From: Eledone cirrhosa
Taxonomy: Eukaryota
Direction of reading: 5' to 3'
Length of the DNA: 64,000 bases
NCBI GenBank assembly: GCA_964016885.1
Contig: OZ024746.1
Span: 20,398,001-20,462,000 of the forward strand
In this document: positions 42,701 to 51,700 of the stretch, piece by piece
Numbering within the stretch: position 1 is the first letter of the stretch
How the letters are laid out: every line of letters starts with the position of its first letter
The notes under the pieces: model-generated
The model's input: only the letters and a program-made list of their open reading frames with translations
Database searches by the model: none
What the model was told of the DNA's origin: nothing
Position numbers and translations under genes: made by a program

Positions 42701-45700
42701 GCACGCCGAGATTTTCTCAACTATGCATTATCTTTAATGCGGGCTCACAATGATGAACATTCTGACAGCTTACCAATTATTGACATTTCTGCACTGAGAC
42801 ATGTAGCTTATGTCTTTGATGCTTTGATTTACTTTCTTCGAAGTGGTACAGATACTGATACCGAAGTATTGAGGGACGGTATCTCAGTCCATTCTTGGCA
42901 AGATCATGATCTAAATGACAATGAGGAACATGATGATGATCCAATGAGCAGTGTTGCTTTAGATGCTGAAAGTGTTGACGGTGACAGTGATGCTGGTGGA
43001 CGTACAGGACGAAAACATCCTTTCTTTCAACGGTCTGACTCAACAATTTTCCTTGGCTGTCCACCACCCGACCCATTTAGTATTCCTCTTATTGAAGCTC
43101 TCCCACTTGCTGATCTTCCTCATTTACTTCAACCCAATTCACGACGAGAAGATTTGTTTGGAATTGCACGCCAAGCCATTCACCACGGTGATGCAAGTGA
43201 GTCAAGTGCAGATGTTAGTGGTGGAACAACCACTAGCTACAGTGCCAACGTCTCAGGGAGTATATCTACGAATTCTTTTGAAAAAAAAATGCCTGTTCAC
43301 CTGTCATTGTCACTACGTTTACAAGATACACAGAATACTGCTTCATCTACTGTTGAAGCTTCAACATCTACTTCTGACCGGCAGGGAATAGTAAGTACTA
43401 GTGTCATTGTAAAACCAACTGCCCAAACTGGAGCAACATCAAGTCCACCTGTCACAACTGCTACCTTTTCTACAATATCATCCACTTTGAGTACTTCAAC
43501 ACCATCTTCTGGGCTAGAAACTACTGTCGTTTCTAGCACTAGGGCTGCTACTTTGATGACCACTCCTGGGCCTACTGCTATGGAGACATCAGAAATTGAT
43601 TCTCATTCTCAACACACACTTCTCCAATCCCTTGCCAATAGTGCTGCTTCATTGTGTGTGTCTTCATCTCAGAGTGTACAATTGCCACCACCCCCACAAC
43701 AACAACAACAACAGCAGCAGCAACAGCCTGCTAGTTCTGTCTCTCTATCTACACAACAAGCTAGTGTAATAGTACATGCCAGTTCTGCTCAGAGCAACAA
43801 CTGCCAAGCACCCACTGTTATGTCCACGGGACCTGTTTTTGCTGTCAGTAGCAGCGTTAATAGCAACAGCAGTAACAATAACCGTGCTATAGTGGTCATG
43901 CCATCGGACTCTAATTGTAATGAAATGGTAAATGCCCTTGCTGCTACCACAGCAACACCACAAACTACAGCTCCTCAACCTGGAAGTACCTCTTCTCTGG
44001 CTGTTTCTACATTTACTTCTGTCAACCCAAACAATCCCTCTTCATCAGCTGTTAATGCTCTAGCACCAGTTCCTGAGGTTTCCACCCAGCAACCAAGACC
44101 AGGACTTTCTGTAACAACACCGTCTGATTCATCAGTTGCTATTGCTGACAGGTTAGAAGACATTTTTTTCCCCCCCCCCCCTTTTGAATTTACTTCAGAT
44201 TTATTTAATCCTTTCATGACTATATTTCTAATGATGTACCCTCTATTTCAATTAATGAAGTATTTTAAGGGTTTTACTAAAATCATTACAAAGATAGTAA
44301 CTTAACATGGTTGGTGATTTACATGATAGACACACCTAGTGCATGCTGTAAAGTGGTTGGGGATAGGAAGGGTATCCAGACATAGAAAGTTTGCCAAACA
44401 AAGGGTTGGGGGGACCCTTCAATTGTGTCAAAGACATGACAACCTCTCCTGTGCACTCAGTAGAACGTGAGACCAAACATAAGTGAGGTAATAGATTCCT
44501 GGACTGTCTGGGAGATCAGTAGCCCTGCTTCAGTACTGACTTGGTCTATGTAGACCTGGCTAACCCTTGCTAGCAGGATCTTAAAACGATGATGTTGATG
44601 ATAGAACATTTTTATTTAAATGATGATGGTGATATACTTCATTTCATTGTCTCCTATGTTTTTGTTTGGCCATTAGCAATGGTCTAACCAGACCTACTAT
44701 GGTCATTTTAACTTTAGGGATTATCCTGACCTGGCTTATATGGTGAGACTGGCAGTGGTCCTCTGAGGGTAGTTGTCCTGATACCATATTGTGTGGAAGT
44801 GGTTTTCGAGAGAATCATGAGAAATCTCTTCAAAATCCTGGGACAACTCTCTTAATGTAAACAGCTTTTGTTACCTAAGTGACATAATTAGCAGTTTGCC
44901 ATATATACTTGTGTGTATATATATATATATATATAAAACAGTTTAACTAATGCCAAAACATCCATTGTGTAAAAACAATATTAGAATGTTTCACTTGCAT
45001 CATCTCCCTAACTGCAGTTTCTGCAATTATATATATATATATGTATAATTTTTGTTCTCCCCAGTAGTATGTTAGAAATTGTACCAGGAACATCTGATGC
45101 CCAAGTTGATTTAGTTGGTGCCAATGAAAATGTGTCCAATACAGTAGTAATTGAAACTTCACAAGCACCATCAGCTGCGGGCATGTGTCGGTAAGTATAT
45201 CTTCCTCATATGTATTTCCTTCAGCACTGAAGTAATAATAATAATAATTGTATTAAATTACTTCCTCTGTAGTTGTTTTCTAGCATATCCAGAATCACAA
45301 TGAACGAACTAGCTTGATGTTATTTATATATTAACCATAATGTAGGGAAAGAGTGGGTTAGATAGATGCTTATTCATTTATATGTTTTATGATCTTATGG
45401 AAGGAAGAAGGGTAACAGCCATGACTCATAGCTTATCCTCAGACAGGATCCATCTTTACAACCATGAAAGGCCTAGGAGTTGGACTCTCAGTTGCTTCAC
45501 ACTAAACAGGAATAAACACTGGCCTGATTAGACAGACTTTAGAAATGACCACTTAGTAGGATTAACCTTATAATTATTAACCCTTTTGTTAACATATTTT
45601 TAATAGACCCCCCCCCCCCCCCCATCCCACCCCCACCCCCCAAAACAAAACAAAAACTTAGGATTTTCAAATAATTTTGAAATAATTAAGTATTTGGAGG

Positions 45701-48700
45701 GGTTTAGAAACGTAACTAACTCTAATATAGTTAAAACAAAGCATTGTGAGATATGTAATAAAAGACTGATAAGTTTCAAAAAGCTGTACATTGCCATTTA
45801 TATATTTCTACCACATTGTACCAGTTTTTTGAAACTTCTCAGTAACTATCTGTCTCATTATTACACTAATGTTTGGAAGATTTTTAGATAAATATTAAAC
45901 TCTTTAAAATTAGCAATTTTGTGTTGTAGAACCAGAGGCAGTAATTTTCTTTTTCTCTCACTTTAAAGAACGCAGAATGCAATTGGTCAGCAAGTATCAC
46001 ATGACATCTTATTGGGAAGATGGCGACTATGCTTGGACCTATTTGGTAGAGTATTTTGTGATGATGTTGGAGCGGAACCTGGATCTGTGATACATGAATT
46101 GGGAGGCTTTCCTGTTAAAGAAAGTCGTTTCAGAAGAGAAATGGAGAAAATCAGAAATTCACAACAGAGAGACTTATCCCTAGAGGTAAATATGATTATT
46201 TTTTATTTTTTTTATTTTTTTAAATTAATCATGATTTAACTATAATTGTGTGTTATAAGTTAGTTGAAATAACTAATATTATTGAAAGATTTGTCATTTT
46301 TAACCCTGTTATTACCATATTTCTAATGAAGGCATTGCTTATTGTTTTCAAATCATTTAAAAAATAATCAAGAATTAGAAGGGATTTAGTAATATCCTAT
46401 CCAATCCAAACCAAAGCCTTCTTACTCCTGTTGGAGGAACTCCTCCCTGCTTTGTTTTGCTTTGGTCATGCCAGGTGTAGCTGTACTCACCACACTTGGC
46501 CAATTGCAGGTTGGTGAGGTTATTTAACTCATAGTTGGGGTGGATGATTATTGACTCTGAGCAGTTCATGTGCCCTTTTAACAGCTCTTGCTTTTTGTGC
46601 TGCTGGGATTCCACTTACCCTCCTCACCAGGCCAAGGTTTAGTTCCCGACCACTTAGCCATGAAGCAGATTACATTTGAAAAGCAGGTAATAGGCCAGAA
46701 ATATGTTGAAATACACTGGATAAAACATTACTTTGTTTTATTTGTCATCCTTCACCCTTTATATATTTCTACAATATTGTACTGGCTTTCTGAAACTTAT
46801 CAGTAATTTATTGCATATCTCATAATGCTTCATATTAACTGTACTAATGAATATATAACTTTTTGGTTGCAGGTTGAACGAGATCGTACTTCTTTAATTA
46901 CTCAGACATTTAAACAGTTGAATACACAATTCAATCGAAGAACTAATGCATCTGGACCACCTCTTGCTGTACACAAAGTGAAAGTGACCTTTAAAGATGA
47001 ACCTGGAGAAGGAAGTGGAGTTGCTAGAAGTTTTTACACAGCTATGGCAAATGTAAGCTCTTTAAATAATTTTTCATCTTGGCTATTGGATCATTATTAT
47101 GTCTCTGAGTAAATAAATCTGATGGCTGGTATGAATACAAAAACACAAAGTTTGATTCCTAACAATTTTATGTATTTTACCTCTGATGAAATGATTTGAC
47201 TTGTTATACTGATTGTGAAACTGCATTGAGCTTGAAACTTTGTTGGCACAATTTTTTTTGCAAGGGCTATGTAAACACAAGGACAGAACACACACACACA
47301 CACACACACAGGCAATTGCTTGATAATGTAGGGTGGACTAGTTAGTTACTATTCAGTCTATAATAGTATTCACATTGTAAACAGACACTGATGACATCTC
47401 ATGAAATGATTGCTATAAAACAAACACATCTGTGGATGTGTAGTCTCATGAATGGGCTTTTCAGATGTGTGAAACATAAAACATACAGTTCTCCTAATAC
47501 CTAATGTTGCCCATATTGTCAGTCAATCAGAAATAGTGACTTAAAGGCACTATTTCTCACACATTGCTATGATATTTATGGTTCCAGGACTTCCCTAAAT
47601 TGTATGAGCAATGATTGGGGTTACTTCATCATATCCAACGAGGTTACAACCATCAGGTTACACTGCCCACAACAGGACAACTCGTCTAACCCACGTTAGC
47701 GTGGAAGAACGGACGTAAAACAGTAATGATGATGATGAAAGGGAGTGTGACTTGGATGGACTGACTGACTGACCAACCCTTATATTTTCCTTTTTGCAAG
47801 GCTGTGGTTAGGAAATTTACTTTGAGGCCATGTAGTTATACATTTATATATATTTACAGTTTTTACAATCAGTTATGTAAAATGTATATTTTTTGAAAAA
47901 TGAATTTGACATTCATTTGATTTATTCTGCAAAATTTGTATGTGTTTGTGTGCGTAATAAATACTATGAATTATTTGACAGGATCAATGTTTGTTTCTAT
48001 TTCCATGTTTAACACATTTTAATATTGGAATCTCGTGGAATATTTTCTCTTTGTTAGGCTATATTAACATCTGAAAAATTACCCTCACTAGAAGGTGTTC
48101 TGGTTGGTGGAGGCAAAAGCTTGCAATATAGTAAGTATCTTCATTACTATGTTATTTTTACTTTTTATCATGATGATGATGATGATGATTGTCATCAGTT
48201 TTATGTCTATTTCCCATGCTTGCACGGATTAGACGGGTTGTCATATTGTCAGATTAGACATGTCAGATGACTATCTTACTCTTAGATTCCATCCTGACAT
48301 GGTTTTTATTGCTGTATTCCTTTCCTAATGCCAGCCACTTCATGGCTTTTTATTGTGACACCAGCACTATCCCTTTATAGTGTGGGCTGAGTTCATTTTA
48401 TTGTGGCACCAGCTCTATCACTTTTCAACAGTTGGGCACTTGCTGTGTCATCCTTGGTCAGACCAAGGAGACAGTAATGGAAGAGAGGGGGAACTACATG
48501 TTACTTGTTGAGGGAGTGTGAGAGAGAGAGAGTGAGTGATGTTGTGATGGCAGGGGGGGGGGGGAGTTACATGTTGTTTGCTGAGGATGAGGGTGAATGA
48601 GAGAGGTGTCCTTAAAAAGAAAGTGACCTGTGTGGGTACATTTTGAGAGTGAATCTGTCTTTCTATGATGGCATGGGTTTGGTGAGGGAGGAATCAGAGC

Positions 48701-51700
48701 TGTGAATTGAGGGGGGGGTTATGGCAGAGTTAAAGAATAATGGAAGGAGACATTGTGTGTGTGTGTGGAAAGGGTCTCATACTCTCAATCACTTAACGTC
48801 ACATACTCTCAATCACTTAACGTCACATAAACTGGGATAAATACCGGCCTAATGAGCCTCCAAGCTCGTTTCAGACTTTACTGTATTAAAATATAATCCA
48901 CTTGTTATAGTTCATTATTGATTTGTTGTTTGATGAAATCAGGGAATAACATTGTATTTTCAGGTCTGATCCAACGACTTCGGTCCAGAGAGAGAGAACG
49001 TGAACGCATGAGGTCAGCGCTACAAAGACGCAGTAGGGAAGCCAGACGAACACTTTCTTATGATGCACCACCTTTTTATATGCCTTCTGATAGTGCAGCA
49101 GTTGGTGGTGGTAGTGGTGCTGGAGGTGGCAGTGGAAGCAGTAGTGCTGGAGCTGGAGCAGCTGCAGCAGCTGGAGGTGGTGGTGGTGGAGGAGGTGGAG
49201 CAGCAGCAGCAACAGGAGGTGTAGCTGGTGGCAGTACAGCTGGAGGTGGTAGCGGCGGTGGTGGAGGCAGTGGCGGCAACAGTGGTGGTGGCAGCGGCGG
49301 TGGAGGCAATAATAATGGTAACAATGAACAACAGTCTTCTGAAAATGATAGTTCCTCCAACTACCGGCGCCAGCTAGGAGAAAGACTCTATCCAAAAGTT
49401 AGAGACTTACAACCAGTAAGGAACAAATGGCATTATTTGGCTGTTTATTTAACTTATTTTAACTTTTTATTTTGGAATTTTAAAAGGAATTCGATGAAAT
49501 AAAAATTTTAATTGTATCCAATAATGTACATTGTTGGTGGAAGACTCTTGGGTCTATGTTGTTGATCCAATTCCTGGGCAGGCTGCTGCATTGTGTTCTT
49601 GAGTAAAACATTTTACTTCACGTTACTCCAGTACACTCAGCTAAGTGTGAGTACCACCAGTAGCTGAGTAGTTAAACCTGCGATAGACCGGCATCTTGTC
49701 CAGAGAGAGTCTTGTATTCTCAGTCGCTTAACACCAAGGAAACCAAGGATAAAGCACTGGCCTTCGGCTTAGAATAGACTTTAGCTTACCAGTTTTTGAA
49801 ATTATTTTAGACCTTAACATTATAACTTGATAACAAATTGCATGTATAGATATATAAGTTATTAAACTTTGATCTGTGTTAAAATAATGCATGCATTTGT
49901 TTGAAATATTTATAATACCTTGAATATTCATTTTTTTTTTCATATCTTTTCAGTCAATGGCAGCAAAGATAACAGGAATGTTATTGGAACTGTCACCAGC
50001 ACAACTCCTCCTTCTATTAGCATCTGAAGAATCTCTAAGACAGCGTGTTGATGAAGCTATGGAAATTATTCTTTCACATAGCAAGTAAGTTCTTTCTAAT
50101 TTTAATATTTTAATGTTGTTTTTCCTTTCTGGCTTCATCTAGGATAATTTAAACTTGGAAAAAAAAGAATTGAGTTGATAGTTTCATTTATGTCTATTAG
50201 ATTAAGTTATAAATTTACTGTGATCACCTCCAAAGTGATTTACAACATATGCCATCACTACCCAACTCTTTCTCTCAAATATTTTCTTTTAATACTAGTT
50301 TTTAAAAAAAGTCTTCAATAATAATTTTACAAGTCTTCAAGTATTTTACTTATCCATAAGATATCTATATTTCCTAATTTATTTCACTGATATTGTTATT
50401 GAGCTGAAGGTCATAAAATAAACATCAGTGATTTTTGTATTGTTTTTGTTTTCACCTCTAAAATATTCTCATTGTATTTATTTTATTTTTTATTTTCCAG
50501 CAGAGACATGAATCCAGAAAACTTATTAGATTTAGATATTTTCAATTTGACCGCTGATAAAAGTAAAAAATCTACTAATTCAGAACGCCGTAATGATGTT
50601 GATGATGAAGATGACTTAGAAGATAATGCTCCTTTATTTTGGCAACCGGGTAAAAGAGGATTTTATTCTCCTCATCCTGGAAAAAATTCTGCTGAAAGAC
50701 TTAATGCATTCAGAAATGTTGGCAGGTATTTCACCATTTTTTATCCCCTCTATTAACCTATGGTTAAAATCCCTTTGTCTAGATACATTTATATTTTCTA
50801 TCTTTTTCTTTTATTATTTTTTTAATGTATTTTGTTTTCTTCCGTTTTTCTTTTCAGAGTTATTGGTTTATGTTTGTTGCAAAATGAAATGTGTCCACTC
50901 TTTCTCAATCGTCATGTCATCAAATACATTCTAGGAAGGAAAATAGGCTGGCATGATCTAGCTTTCTTTGATCCTGTTATGTATGAAAGCTTACGTCAAT
51001 TAGTTGTTGATTCTGAAACTAAAGATGCTTCTCTCCTCTTTGCCGCCCTTGATATGAATTTTTGTATGGAACTCTGTGCAGAAGAGGTAAAAAAAAAAAA
51101 CCTCCTTTATTTTGTCATTGATATAGATATTATTTTTTGTTATTGTTATTTGAGGCAAATGCTGTGCATATTTTCCATTTTATAAACAATATTCCTGTTT
51201 GTAGGGTGGTGAAACTGTTGAGTTGGTTGCTGGTGGTGCTGATATAGAAGTCAACGCTCAAAATGTTCATGATTATGTACGGAGATATGCTGAATATCGT
51301 ATGGTGAAAGTTGCTGAGAAAGCATTAAAGGTATTTTCTTTGACTTAAATAAGATTTTCTCTTCATTTTAATTCAAATTTGTAAATGTCTGTGTGTTCTA
51401 AAGTAAGTGAACATAATAATAGTTGATAAAATTGGGTTAAGTACCTCTGGAGATGGGTGGGGGGTGATAATAATAGAGCTACTGATCACCAATTCCATCT
51501 TTTTAAAAAACAATGTATTCTTGAAAAGTATAAAACAGCACAATGATGGCATCACATTCAAAATTGTATTTACTCTAACATTTCAAATTTTTTACACCAA
51601 TCTGTACTATTAATAAAGATGTTATAGACATTTGAATTGACAAATAAGAGAAAACCATCTAATTTATTTTTAGAACAAATTATTATTGACTGTGTCAATA

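Noticed and set aside
44152-44305. Hydrophobic C-terminal extension of the 522-aa ORF (possible truncated isoform)
   Set aside because: Lies past a phase-compatible donor (AG/gttaga); composition is intronic; no support without transcript data.
48886-49395. Minus-strand His-, Thr- and Pro-rich ORFs (48886, 49020, 49076)
   Set aside because: Antisense shadows of the Gly/Ala-coding UBR5 exon.
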